Origin: Planctomycetota bacterium
Lineage (GTDB): Bacteria > Planctomycetota > GCA-002687715 > CAIWVZ01
Assembly (NCBI GenBank): GCA_044222185.1
Contig: JBGANV010000001.1
Span: 1,376,001-1,440,000 of the forward strand
Reading direction: 5' to 3'
Length of the DNA stretch: 64,000 bases
The translations under genes were made by a program, and so were the position numbers. Under the pieces are notes generated by a model. The model was given only the letters and a program-made list of their open reading frames with translations, had not been told where the DNA came from and made no database searches. Of the stretch, positions 8,696 to 18,409 are shown one piece after another (positions within the stretch are counted from its first letter, which is position 1; every line of letters begins with the position of its first letter).

Positions 8696-11600
8696 ATGTC
8701 CGAACCCGTCGACACCGAACCGCTGATTTCCGACCTGTTCCGGCAGGGCCGCTTCGTGCGGTCGGTGGCGCGCGAGCTCGTCTCCGGGGCGGATCAGGAT
8801 GACGTGGTCCAGGACACGTGGCTGACGGCACTCGAACGGAAACCAGCACCGGGGCGGGGCCTCGCCGCATGGCTGAAGCGCGTCGCACGAAACCTCGCAC
8901 TGAAGACACTGCGGTCGGCGCGGCGGCGAGATGCCCGCCACGCACGCGCGGCGAGACCAGAGGCCGCCGCCGGCAGCGCCGAGCTGTCCGAGCGGGATCA
9001 ACGGCTGTGCGACGTCCTTCATGCCGTCATGTCTCTCGACGAACCATTCCGCACGGCGATCGTCCTGCGGTTCTACGAGGGCCTCACGCCAGCCGAGATC
9101 GCCGCGCGACTGAGCGTGCCTGGCGCCACGGTCCGAACACGCATCCACCGCGCACTCGAGCAGCTCCGCACACGGCTCGACGACGTTTACGGCGGCGACC
9201 GCGCCGCGTGGTCGGCGGTGCTCGTCACGCTCGCCTATCCCCAGCTTGCAGCACCCGCTGCGGCAGGCGCGGCAGCGATGCCTTTCGTTGGGAGTCTCGT
9301 CGTGGGAAAGAAGATCCTCGTCGCAACCCTGCTCCTCTGCCTCGCGGGCGTCTCGTTCATCTGGTGGACCGCGGACGAGACCAGGAACGGATCACCAGGC
9401 GACGGAGCGAACTCGGCCTCACCGAGCGCACCGGCGACGAACCCGGCCACCGAGCCGCCGCAAGACCCGTCGGCCCCTGCCGTCGTCGCGAGCCCGTTCT
9501 CCTCACCCGCGGATGACGAGACCGTGGCGTCGCAGGCCATCTCGAATCCGTCGGGCGTTCGCCTCCTGGGCCGCGTCGTCGACGAGGGCGGCAACCCCGT
9601 GCGGAACTGCCCCGTCCGCGTCCGACCCGTGTTCGACACATCGCGCGCCGGCCTGGACCGCTCCGCGCCGGCCACAGCGGACGTCTCATCGGATCAAAAT
9701 GGGCGGTTTGCCTTTCCCTCCGTGGCGGCCTTGCAACGACTGGCCGTCACGGCACGCGCGCCGCACCTGGCCGATGCGCGTTGCCAGTTCCGCACACCCG
9801 CGTCGGGCGAACTCGACCTGGGCGACCTCGTGGCTGTACAGGGTGGCGCCATCACGGGCCGGGTCGTCGATGCGACCGGAGCGCCGATCGCAGCCGCAAC
9901 CGTTGCGGCCGAGCCCGTGCGCGAGGCGGCGGCGACGACGACGACGACGGTGATGCTCATCAGCTCTCCCGCCGAGGCGTTCCGAGATGCGCGAACCGCG
10001 ACGACCGACGCCGACGGACGCTACACGCTCACGGGTCTTGCCGCAGGCGAGGCCCAAGGCCGCGCACATGGCGACCAGCATCCGGCGACGTCACGACGCG
10101 GCATCCGCGTGACACGCGGCGCGACCACTCCCGACGTCGACTTCACGCTGTCGGCGGGGATCACGATCTCCGGGATCGTGCGCGACGCGTCGGGAAAGCC
10201 GCTGGCGGATGTCCGGATCGCGACGTCGTCGAGAACGCGCGTGCTGGTCGCAGGCGGCCCTGAAGGGTCCAGTGACGTCTCGCGTCGAACGACGTCCGAT
10301 GCGGCCGGGCGCTTCACGCTGCGGGGACTGCGCGCCGGATTCGAGACCGTGAACGCGGCCAAGGCTGGATTCCGCGCCGCGTCGGTCCGCGCGCCGGAGG
10401 AGGGAAAGACCATCGCCCTCACGCTCGCCGCGGCGCCGTCGATCTTCGGCCGCTTGACCGATGGAAAGGGCGCTCCCGTGAGGGGCGCGACCGTGCGCAT
10501 CGTTCCCGCGGATGAGCAGGCGGCCGCGACGGTCACGTGGAACGGGAGCGGTCCCACATCGCGAGCGCTCGTGGGTGCCGAAGCTGCATCGCTCCTCGCT
10601 GAAGTGGATGACGGCGGGTGGTTCATCGCTCCCACGGTGATCGCGGAGTCATCCGTGGTGGTCGTCGAGTCGGTACCAGGATTCGCCGATGCCCGGTCGG
10701 CGCCCGTCACGATGAAGGGCTCGGATCGCAAACGTGTCGACGTGGTGCTCGCTCCCGAGTGCGCCATTTCCTGCACCGTGACGGATCCGGCCGGTGCCCT
10801 GGTCAACGGCGCCACCGTGAGATGGACGCTCCTTCCACAGGGCCACGCCGCCAGTGAAGCCGGCACGTCCCAAGCGCCAGCCGCCACGGGCACGGCGGAG
10901 ACTGGCTCCAACGGGACGTGCCGCGTCGGGAATCTCGTCCCCGGGACCTATGAGGTTCTGGCGATTCACTCCGACTTCTTCGATTCCAAGCCGACGACCC
11001 TCGTCCTGGCGACGCCCGGCGATACGGCCACGACTGCGCTCGCCGTCGCGCGGGGTTGCGCGGTTCAGGGGCGCGCGTTCGACGGCCACGGCCGACCGCT
11101 CTCCGGCTCGACCATCACCTTCCGCAATCTCGACGGCAACGCCGCGGAGTGGGCTCCTCCGTCCCTGCTGACGGATTCGCAGGGACGATTCGCGTCGCAC
11201 GGCCTCCGGCAGGGGCGATACGCCGCGTCGGTCCAGGTGCCGGGTCATCAAGGCGACATGTCGTTCGCCGTCCTGGCCGCGGGGATCGATGAGACCTCGG
11301 AGCCGGCCGTTCCGGCGACGCGTCCCGGCGAGGCGGCCTTCCTCGCCGACCCGGAGCGCGTCGCCGAGATCGAGCTGCGGTTGCCTCTTCCTGCGTCCGT
11401 TTCTGGCGTGGTCACGGCGGCGGGCCGACCGGTGGCCCAGGTGGAGGTCGCGTTGTCGGCGGTCACGACGCCCTCGACCTTCACGTTCGGCGATGCGCGG
11501 GTCAAGACCGATGCCCGCGGGGCGTTCTACTTCGGTTCCGTCACGGCTGGAGACTACACGTTGAAGGTCGATCCGGACGGAGCACCGCGCACGATCGAGG

Positions 11601-12304
11601 TGCCGGTGACGGTCGACGTCGGACGCGAGAGAACGGTCGACGTCGCCCTGCCCACGGGCGAGATCGAGGGCCGAATCACGGACGAACGCGGCGCGCCGAT
11701 CCCCGGCGTCGTGGTCACGGCGACCCTCGAACGGGCGCCGCAGGCACCCGGTGGCCGCGGGGCGCGGGCTCGTGTGGCTGCATTGGCGTTGACGGCAGAT
11801 CCGAGTGCCGACGACGCCGCTGGCGAGCTTCCCCTCGAGCCAGTTCTCCTCTCGCTTGGCGGGAGTTCCCCGCACGCGACGACGGATGCGCAGGGGCATT
11901 ATCGTTTCACGAACGTCGCGACCGGGTCGTGGACCGTGAAAGCCACCGAGTCGACGTTGGCATCTGCGACGAGCGCAGGAGTCACGGTCGTCGAAGGGCG
12001 AATCACGCGTGGCGTCGACCTGCGCATGTCCGCGGGCGGGACCGCGGAGATCATCGTGGACACGGGAGGGATGGCGATCTCCACGATCCACGTGAGCGCG
12101 ACGCAGACCGGCGGCGGAGACTCCAAGTCCGGGTCCGGCGATACGGACAATCCGATCCGCCTCGCGGGTCTGCGCGCGGGATCATGGCACGTCGACGCGG
12201 GCGGTTGGAGCGAGGACGGCCAGGGGAACGCGTCCGCCGACGTGGAGATCAAGGCCGGACAGACGACGCCCGTTCGACTGACGCTGCGCCGATCGAACGA
12301 CTGA
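8696..12304 (+). CDS. ECF sigma-70 factor fused via a TM helix to multiple carboxypeptidase-regulatory-like Ig domains
   Basis: DDVVQDTWL, AWLKRVARN, LRFYEGLTPAEIAARLSVPGATVRTRIHRALEQLR (regions 2 and 4), hydrophobic ILVATLLLCLAGVSFIWW, then several G.V.D..G.P repeats. Confidence 0.9.
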   Translation: MSEPVDTEPLISDLFRQGRFVRSVARELVSGADQDDVVQDTWLTALERKPAPGRGLAAWLKRVARNLALKTLRSARRRDARHARAARPEAAAGSAELSERDQRLCDVLHAVMSLDEPFRTAIVLRFYEGLTPAEIAARLSVPGATVRTRIHRALEQLRTRLDDVYGGDRAAWSAVLVTLAYPQLAAPAAAGAAAMPFVGSLVVGKKILVATLLLCLAGVSFIWWTADETRNGSPGDGANSASPSAPATNPATEPPQDPSAPAVVASPFSSPADDETVASQAISNPSGVRLLGRVVDEGGNPVRNCPVRVRPVFDTSRAGLDRSAPATADVSSDQNGRFAFPSVAALQRLAVTARAPHLADARCQFRTPASGELDLGDLVAVQGGAITGRVVDATGAPIAAATVAAEPVREAAATTTTTVMLISSPAEAFRDARTATTDADGRYTLTGLAAGEAQGRAHGDQHPATSRRGIRVTRGATTPDVDFTLSAGITISGIVRDASGKPLADVRIATSSRTRVLVAGGPEGSSDVSRRTTSDAAGRFTLRGLRAGFETVNAAKAGFRAASVRAPEEGKTIALTLAAAPSIFGRLTDGKGAPVRGATVRIVPADEQAAATVTWNGSGPTSRALVGAEAASLLAEVDDGGWFIAPTVIAESSVVVVESVPGFADARSAPVTMKGSDRKRVDVVLAPECAISCTVTDPAGALVNGATVRWTLLPQGHAASEAGTSQAPAATGTAETGSNGTCRVGNLVPGTYEVLAIHSDFFDSKPTTLVLATPGDTATTALAVARGCAVQGRAFDGHGRPLSGSTITFRNLDGNAAEWAPPSLLTDSQGRFASHGLRQGRYAASVQVPGHQGDMSFAVLAAGIDETSEPAVPATRPGEAAFLADPERVAEIELRLPLPASVSGVVTAAGRPVAQVEVALSAVTTPSTFTFGDARVKTDARGAFYFGSVTAGDYTLKVDPDGAPRTIEVPVTVDVGRERTVDVALPTGEIEGRITDERGAPIPGVVVTATLERAPQAPGGRGARARVAALALTADPSADDAAGELPLEPVLLSLGGSSPHATTDAQGHYRFTNVATGSWTVKATESTLASATSAGVTVVEGRITRGVDLRMSAGGTAEIIVDTGGMAISTIHVSATQTGGGDSKSGSGDTDNPIRLAGLRAGSWHVDAGGWSEDGQGNASADVEIKAGQTTPVRLTLRRSND

Positions 12305-12322
12305 CGCGACGCGGAACGCGCG

Positions 12323-12958
12323 TCAGCCAGCGGGCACTGCCGTGAGGTAGCACTGGCTCGAGAAGAGCCGGCTCACGTAGCTCTCGTCGACGACGCGCCA
12401 GCCGCGCTCGGCGAGCAGCGCGCGCATCGTCGCGTTCGAGATCGGCGATTCGCCGTGCTTGCGCCATCCGAGCCGCGTCCTCAGCGCGCGCGTCCAGCCC
12501 TTCCAAGTGGACCGACTCGCGAACGTGATGAGAATTCCCTTCTCCGCCGTCCGCGCCACGTGGTCGACGACCGCTCGCGTCATCGCAGGATCGCGCAGGT
12601 GGTGGAGCAGCCGCAGGCAGAGGAACAGGTCGACGGGGCGCGCCGGCATCTGATTGACGAGATCGAGGACGCACCACTCCATCTCGTCGCCGACACCGCC
12701 GAGCGCCGCGCGCGCCGTCGACACCATCTCGGCAGAGATGTCGGCGAAACACGCGTGGCGGCGCGACTCGAGGCCGAGGATCGAAGCGAAGCGGCCCGCA
12801 CCGCATGGGGCGTTCATCAGCGATGCGTCCGGGCGGAAGCGAGCGAGGAATCGCCGGACGAGTTCGTGCTCGCGCTCGTTGGTCACGCGGCGCGACCATG
12901 AGCGCTCGTACTTGTGCGCGTAGTTCTCCGCGCCAGACGGGCGGTGGTAGCGCGCCAT
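12323..12958 (-). CDS. Class I SAM-dependent methyltransferase
   Basis: Motif I-like NAPCGAGRF, ADISAEMV, LCLRLLHHL. Start uncertain (12958 or slightly upstream). Confidence 0.8.
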   Translation of the reverse strand: MARYHRPSGAENYAHKYERSWSRRVTNEREHELVRRFLARFRPDASLMNAPCGAGRFASILGLESRRHACFADISAEMVSTARAALGGVGDEMEWCVLDLVNQMPARPVDLFLCLRLLHHLRDPAMTRAVVDHVARTAEKGILITFASRSTWKGWTRALRTRLGWRKHGESPISNATMRALLAERGWRVVDESYVSRLFSSQCYLTAVPAG

Positions 12959-13306
12959 CGCGCGTGACGTCACACGGTCGTCGCCACCGGGAGGGCTCCC
13001 GTTCGGTCGATCGCGTTCAGCAGACGGAGCAGCGCTGTGTTGCACGGTGGGTCTCGATGGGCCGTGGCCACGTCATGGACCGCACGAGCGCCGACGCCGC
13101 CAATGGCGCCGTTGTACGCCACCGTTCGGCGGGACGGCAGGCCCAGGCCGAAAAGGGGGGCTCGAGACGGCCTCTGCGTGCGCCTCCCCGTCGCCCGAGA
13201 ATCACTCGGGTAGACTGCCAGCCTGATGCAGGCGAAATCCTGCCCGGTCCAGGACCCCGGGCACCGGCATCCGACCGACGACCGCGTGGAATTGGAGGAA
13301 CCAATC

Positions 13307-14059
13307 ATGGGGCGATATCGACCGGACCGATTCGACTCAGGCTCGATCCTCAACACGAGCCTCAAGGTCTGGGCGTCCGCACTCCTCCCGGCGTGGCTGG
13401 TCTCGTTCGCCATGAACGCGGTCATCGGTTTGCCCATCGACCAGATCGTCCCGTTCATCCGCTGGCGGCTCGTCGCAAGCGCGGTCAAGGTATTCGTCAA
13501 CCAGGTGATCGTCGTATGCCTCACGGGAGTCGTCGCCCACCTCGTTTTCAGTCGCCAGGCGGGGACCCGGATCGCGATAGGCCGCGCGATCGGATCGGGC
13601 TTGTCGCGCCTCCACGTCCTTCTCGCCGCCGGTGCCATCACCGCGACGATCGTCACGGCCGGGATGACGGCGCTCTTGATCCCCGGAATCATCGCGCAAT
13701 GTGTGCTGTGGGTCGTCGGCCCGGTGGTCGTCGGCCCGGTGGTCGTCGGCCCGGTGGTCGTCGTCGAGGAGGTCGGAGCCCTGCAGTCGCTCAAACGCAG
13801 TGCATTCCTCACGCGCGAACGCCGCATGACGATCTTCGTGATCATGATGCTGCTCGGTCTGATCAGCATGGGCGTCGGCGTGGTCAGCGGAGGCATCGTC
13901 GCGGTCCTCGGCCGTGGGTGGGTCGCGTCACTCGCCGTCTGCGCGACCCAGGCTCTGGCGACGTCGCTCGCATGCGTCGCCACGGTCGTCGGGTACCGGG
14001 AGCTGCGGTCCAGCGTCGAGGGCCTGGAGGATCCGTCGATCGCCGAGGTCTTCGCCTGA
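13307..14059 (+). CDS. Multi-pass membrane protein (GDPD membrane-anchor/YciC-like)
   Basis: About 6 hydrophobic segments, LLIPGI, VVEEVGALQSLKRSAFLT, YRELRSSVEG; GGAGG RBS before ATG 13307. Confidence 0.7.
   Translation: MGRYRPDRFDSGSILNTSLKVWASALLPAWLVSFAMNAVIGLPIDQIVPFIRWRLVASAVKVFVNQVIVVCLTGVVAHLVFSRQAGTRIAIGRAIGSGLSRLHVLLAAGAITATIVTAGMTALLIPGIIAQCVLWVVGPVVVGPVVVGPVVVVEEVGALQSLKRSAFLTRERRMTIFVIMMLLGLISMGVGVVSGGIVAVLGRGWVASLAVCATQALATSLACVATVVGYRELRSSVEGLEDPSIAEVFA
13711..13763 (+). repeat. In-frame 15-bp tandem repeat, 3.5 copies
   Basis: GGTCGTCGGCCCGGT at 13711, 13726 and 13741 plus a partial copy; encodes VVGPV x3. Confidence 0.95.
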
Positions 14060-14153
14060 CGTCCGCGCCGCAAACTTCTTGCGGAACCTTCGAATCAAAC
14101 GAACGTATGCGAACGGCTTCGATCGTTCCGCCGAAAGGAAAACCAAGACTCTC

Positions 14154-15050
14154 ATGAACGGACGCATCACGCTCCTGCTCTCGGTCCTCATCGCCATCGG
14201 CGCCGCGGCCGGCACCACGTACTTCCTCTCCGACAAGGCGACCAAGGGCGCGCCACATCCCGTCGATGCCTCCCAGCTCGAAGTGCTCGCCAACCGGATG
14301 GCAGCCATCGAGGGGCAGAACGCCAAGCTCGAGACGACGCTGACGGAACTCAATCGGGCCATCCGTGAGGTGGCTCGCGCCGCACCCCGCGAGGTCCCGG
14401 CGGCATCGAACGCGCAGGAGGCCTCGGCCGTCGACGCGAAGACGGACAAGCCGAAGGCCGGCGATCCAGGAGCCAAGAAGAACGACGACGTGCTCACGTT
14501 GGATGCTGCGCTGAAGCGGCTCGGCGATCCGACCCTGAGCTTTCTCGATCGCGAGGAATTCTGGGGCAAGATCCGCGCGGCGGGGCTCGTCGATCAGGTG
14601 ATCGCCGACTACGAGAAGCGGGCCAAGGCCGATCCGCAGAACCCCGACCTCCAGGTCGCCCTCGCGGAGGCGTATCTGAAGAAACTGCAAGACGTCCCCG
14701 AAGGCCCGTTGAAGGGCGTGTGGGCGAACAAGGCGGACGCGGCCTATGACACCGCCCTCGCTGCGGATCCCGAGCACTGGAGCGCACGGTTCTCGAAGGC
14801 CGTGTCGCTCTCGTTCTGGCCGCCGGCGCTCGGCAAGCAGGGCGAGGCGATCAAGAACTTCGAGGTGCTTCTCTCCCAACAGGCCAACAAGACGCCGCGG
14901 CCGGAGTTCGCGCAGACGTACCTCTTCCTCGGGAACATGTACCAGCAATCCGGCCAAGGCCAGAAAGGCCTCGACACCTGGAAGGCCGGGCTGAAGCTCT
15001 TCCCCGACAACGCAGCGCTGAAGAACCAGATCGCCAACGCGCCGCACTGA
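14154..15050 (+). CDS. Membrane-anchored coiled-coil + TPR protein
   Basis: N-terminal TM segment, heptad stretch, TPR-like ADPQNPDLQVALAEAY and YLFLGNMYQQSGQGQKGLDTWKAGLKLFPDN; strong GC3 coding signal. Confidence 0.8.
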   Translation: MNGRITLLLSVLIAIGAAAGTTYFLSDKATKGAPHPVDASQLEVLANRMAAIEGQNAKLETTLTELNRAIREVARAAPREVPAASNAQEASAVDAKTDKPKAGDPGAKKNDDVLTLDAALKRLGDPTLSFLDREEFWGKIRAAGLVDQVIADYEKRAKADPQNPDLQVALAEAYLKKLQDVPEGPLKGVWANKADAAYDTALAADPEHWSARFSKAVSLSFWPPALGKQGEAIKNFEVLLSQQANKTPRPEFAQTYLFLGNMYQQSGQGQKGLDTWKAGLKLFPDNAALKNQIANAPH

Positions 15051-15174
15051 CTGCCGCCGCGAAGGTCGGCGACGGGCTGCGATCACGACCGGGTCGGGTA
15101 TCCTGGCTGCCGCGTTGGCGGCCGCCACCCCCGCCCTGGCCGGCCCGACTCCAATCGCGTCGGAGTTCCGCAGC

Positions 15175-16023
15175 ATGAGATTCTCGATCACGACCTTCCC
15201 GCTCTCGGTGGCGGTCTCGCTGCTCGTCGGCGTCGCTGGTCCGCTCCTCGGTCAGGACAAGCCCGAGACACGGCCAGCTCTTCCGCCGGTCGAACTGCCG
15301 AAAGCCGCGGCGACCCAAGCCCCCGCCAACGCCGGAGACAGCGTCACCGTCACGATCTTCCACGTCGATCAGAAGACGATCGCCTGCGCACAGCACGCCT
15401 CGACGAGCGCCTGCAGCGACATCCTGCATTGGCGGTTCCGGCTCGACGACCGCGACTACACGGCGACGGCGACACAGAATCAGGCCTTCACGGAGGCGTT
15501 GCAGAAGCACTCCGGATGGAAGCCCGGAGAGAAGCTCTGCGACAAGCGCGTGACTCTTCGAACCGACCGCCGTGCTCCCTACAGCCTCGTCCAGACGGCA
15601 ATGACGGCATTCGCGACGGCCGGACTCGCCCAGGTCGAGTTCGGTGCGATCCCGTTGGTCGGTGACAAGCCGGGGGTGATTCCAAACCCGCTTCCGACCG
15701 ACGCGGGTGACGGCGTGGCGCCCTTGGAAGTTCGCATCTCGATCAAACGAGACGCGAAGTCCCAGGAAATCCGGCGCTCGGTCGCCGGCGACGTCATTCC
15801 TCCGGGTGAGGGCAGCGACGCGGCACTCAAGAAGGCGATTCAGGCACCGCGCGACGCGGCGAAGTCACGGCCGCTCGCGGTGACGCTCGAATCCGCTGCG
15901 GATGTCCCGTGGACCGAGGTCATCCGAGTGCTCGACGTCACGCGATCCCTCGGCATCGACAAGGTCGAATTCGCGGTGGCCCCGGTGGCGCCGCCCATCC
16001 CCGAGTCGCGACGGCCCAAGTGA
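15175..16023 (+). CDS. Exported protein with two ExbD/TolR-like domains
   Basis: Signal peptide; VTLRTDRRAPYSLVQTAMTAFATAGLAQVEF and VTLESAADVPWTEVIRVLDVTRSLGIDKVEF both resemble the ExbD periplasmic fold. Confidence 0.7.
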   Translation: MRFSITTFPLSVAVSLLVGVAGPLLGQDKPETRPALPPVELPKAAATQAPANAGDSVTVTIFHVDQKTIACAQHASTSACSDILHWRFRLDDRDYTATATQNQAFTEALQKHSGWKPGEKLCDKRVTLRTDRRAPYSLVQTAMTAFATAGLAQVEFGAIPLVGDKPGVIPNPLPTDAGDGVAPLEVRISIKRDAKSQEIRRSVAGDVIPPGEGSDAALKKAIQAPRDAAKSRPLAVTLESAADVPWTEVIRVLDVTRSLGIDKVEFAVAPVAPPIPESRRPK

Positions 16024-16849
16024 AGTCCGTCCGGCCTCCCACGACGTCCGTCGCGGCGCTGATCGTCTTCGTCCTCGTCATCGTCCAGTCGTGCGGCGGC
16101 AAGTCTTGCGACGCGGTCGCGGAACTCCACGCCTCCGTCCGGTGGCTTCCGGTTTCAGCGGTGGTGCGGCCCGCTGACGAATCTCGGTGGGCGCGCGATC
16201 GGATCGCGCTCGAGCACGTGGAACCCGCGGACGACAGCTGTGGTTTCCGGCGATGGAAGCCGCGATGCACCGATCGCACGCACTGGCGCGTGGTCGTCAA
16301 CGGCCGAACGGCGAGCGCCGACGAATCGGGCCTTCGTGCGTGCGCCGAGGCCCTTTCGGCGTCAGTCCAGCACCTTCACGCGTCGGCCGTGATCGTCAGC
16401 GCGCCGGCCGACGTTCCATTCGGCGTCGTTCGTGATGTGGCGAAGATCGCGTTCGATTGCGGGCTTCATGAACTCCACGCGGAAGTTCGCGTCGCCGGCG
16501 GCTCGGAACGGGGGCTGACCCCTTCGTCCGACACGTCGATCCAACGTCGTCGCCGAGCGGGACGTGCGAGACGCCGCCGACCGTCGAGCCGCGGCTCGTG
16601 ATGACGAGGGACCCAGTGACCGGCGCGGCCTTGGTGTTTCTCGGACAGAGCCCGATCCAGGACACGCCGGAGGCCCTCCGAGCCGTGGCGGCCACAGTCC
16701 AAAGAGCGCGTGCGGCGGGGAGCGTTGAGCCGGGAGGCCGAACGGTTCTGCTCGTGGATCCGATGCCATCCATGGCGTGGGGCGAGGTCGTCCGCCTGCT
16801 GGATCCGATCCGCGCAGCCTCCGATGTCGCCTTCGAATTCGTGCGCTGA
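16020..16849 (+). pseudogene. Frameshifted double-ExbD-like lipoprotein paralogue (ORFs 16020-16601 and 16598-16849)
   Basis: Lipobox-like IVQS-C. First ExbD motif VSAPADVPFGVVRDV is in one frame and the second, LVDPMPSMAWGEVVRLLD, in another. The junction is confined to 16472-16598, near G5/C4 runs at 16510-16522. Confidence 0.6.
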
Positions 16850-16931
16850 ACGGCGGGAATCCCCGGGCCGGGCGGCGAGGATCCCGGTCGACGTGTATGC
16901 TCGCCCAACCCGATGGGGACAGGAGGCGACC

Positions 16932-17861
16932 GTGCAGCGGAGCCAAACCGACGGCAGGATCTCTCGATGGCGCGTTGCGCACCTGCGCACTCCGCATGTG
17001 GCGTTCGGGGTCTTCCTCCTGGGCGCCCTGTCGATGGCGTCCCTGGCTCAGACCGCAGCTGAATCGAAGCCCACATCCCGACCCGCCGAGCCGACGGTCG
17101 TGTTGCCGGTGTCGACGACGGTGAAGGCGACCGCTTCGCCAACACTCCCTGGCCCGATCGAGCTCACCGTGTTCCACGTGGACCCGCCGGACGAGCCATG
17201 CGAGGCGCGAGCCGAGAAGACCCACTGCCCGGAACTGGATCATTGGCGCGTCCGGCTCGGGCGAGGCGATTTCCGGATCACCTACGCCGCGATGCGGATC
17301 CTTCAGAGCGTGCTCAACGCGCAGGCCCAGCCCGAAGGACCGAGGGGCATCTCCGAACGCGTGATCGCGATGCGCGTCGACGCCGACGCGGGCTGCCTCA
17401 TCGTGCAGCGGACACGCAGGTTCTGCGCCGAAGTCGGCTTCTACAAGATCGAGTACGAGGTCGCTCAACCAGGCAGCGGCGCGATCAGTCGCGTGCAAGA
17501 CTGGTGCGAGACGAGACCCAGCCCACCAGGGGTGGCCGCGTCCGACGAGATCGGCGTCGCACTCAAGTGGAATTTCGCGCGTGAGACCCTCTCGATGAAG
17601 GTCGCTGCCGGGACCTCGGTGAGGACCCTCCTCGACACGCCCGCCGAGTGGGAGGTGCTGAAGAAACTCGTGTCGGAGAAGCACGCACTGAACCAACAGG
17701 CAAGGAAGGATGTCCCAGTCCTGATCGACGCCGACCCGAAGGTGCCGTGGGCCCAAGTCGTCCGCACCATCGACGCGATCCGATCGGTCTGCAACGCCAA
17801 GGCGACCGTGATCGGATGGGACCTCCTTCCTGGTGAGGATCTCACGAAGGAGGCGCGCTGA
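16932..17861 (+). CDS. Exported protein with two ExbD/TolR-like domains
   Basis: AGGAGG before GTG 16932; MRVDADAGCLIVQ...GFYKIEYEV and LIDADPKVPWAQVVRTIDAIR. Confidence 0.68.
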   Translation: MQRSQTDGRISRWRVAHLRTPHVAFGVFLLGALSMASLAQTAAESKPTSRPAEPTVVLPVSTTVKATASPTLPGPIELTVFHVDPPDEPCEARAEKTHCPELDHWRVRLGRGDFRITYAAMRILQSVLNAQAQPEGPRGISERVIAMRVDADAGCLIVQRTRRFCAEVGFYKIEYEVAQPGSGAISRVQDWCETRPSPPGVAASDEIGVALKWNFARETLSMKVAAGTSVRTLLDTPAEWEVLKKLVSEKHALNQQARKDVPVLIDADPKVPWAQVVRTIDAIRSVCNAKATVIGWDLLPGEDLTKEAR

Positions 17862-17874
17862 GCTCGGTGCCGCG

Positions 17875-18339
17875 TCACCCCATCGCAGCCTTCGCCCGAC
17901 GCTCCAACTCGTCCGGCGCGACGTCTTCGACGTGGGTCGCGAACCCCCACGCGTGCCCGAACGGGTCCAAGAGCTGCGCACTGCGATCACCGTAGAACTG
18001 GTTCTGCAACGGGCGGACGACCTTCGCGCCGGCGGCGACCGCTCGCGCGTGCACGGCGTCGACGTCCTTGACGTACATGTAGAGCGAGACCGGTGTCCCC
18101 CCATACGCGCTGGGGCTCTTGAAGCCGCGCTCAGGGCACTCGTCGGCGAGCATGATCATGGCGCCGAACACTCGGATCTCGGCGTGTCCGATCTTTCCGT
18201 CAGGTCCGCCCATGCGGAGGACTTCCTCCGCGCCGAACGCCTTCGCGTAGAAGTCGAGCGCCTTCGCGGCGCCGTCGATGATCAGATACGGAATCACCCC
18301 GGCGTAGCCGTCGGGGATCGGTTTCACGGGTGTCGACAT
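17875..18339 (-). CDS. VOC family (PhnB-like glyoxalase/bleomycin resistance) protein
   Basis: IPYLIIDGAAKALDFYAKAFGA, GHAEI, QFYGDRSAQLLDPFGHAW. Confidence 0.92.
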   Translation of the reverse strand: MSTPVKPIPDGYAGVIPYLIIDGAAKALDFYAKAFGAEEVLRMGGPDGKIGHAEIRVFGAMIMLADECPERGFKSPSAYGGTPVSLYMYVKDVDAVHARAVAAGAKVVRPLQNQFYGDRSAQLLDPFGHAWGFATHVEDVAPDELERRAKAAMG

Positions 18340-18409
18340 GGATGCCTCCGTCGGATGACTTCGCGTCATCCTATGGACGGGGGCGACATCTCGACGTTTC
18401 CGAGCCCGG

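Noticed and set aside
9926-9949. (GCG)3(ACG)5 trinucleotide run in the ECF gene
   Set aside because: Short in-frame Ala/Thr linker; unremarkable in high-GC coding DNA.
13711-13763. CRISPR-like repeat
   Set aside because: Contiguous 15-bp units with no spacers, in frame within a CDS, and no cas genes.
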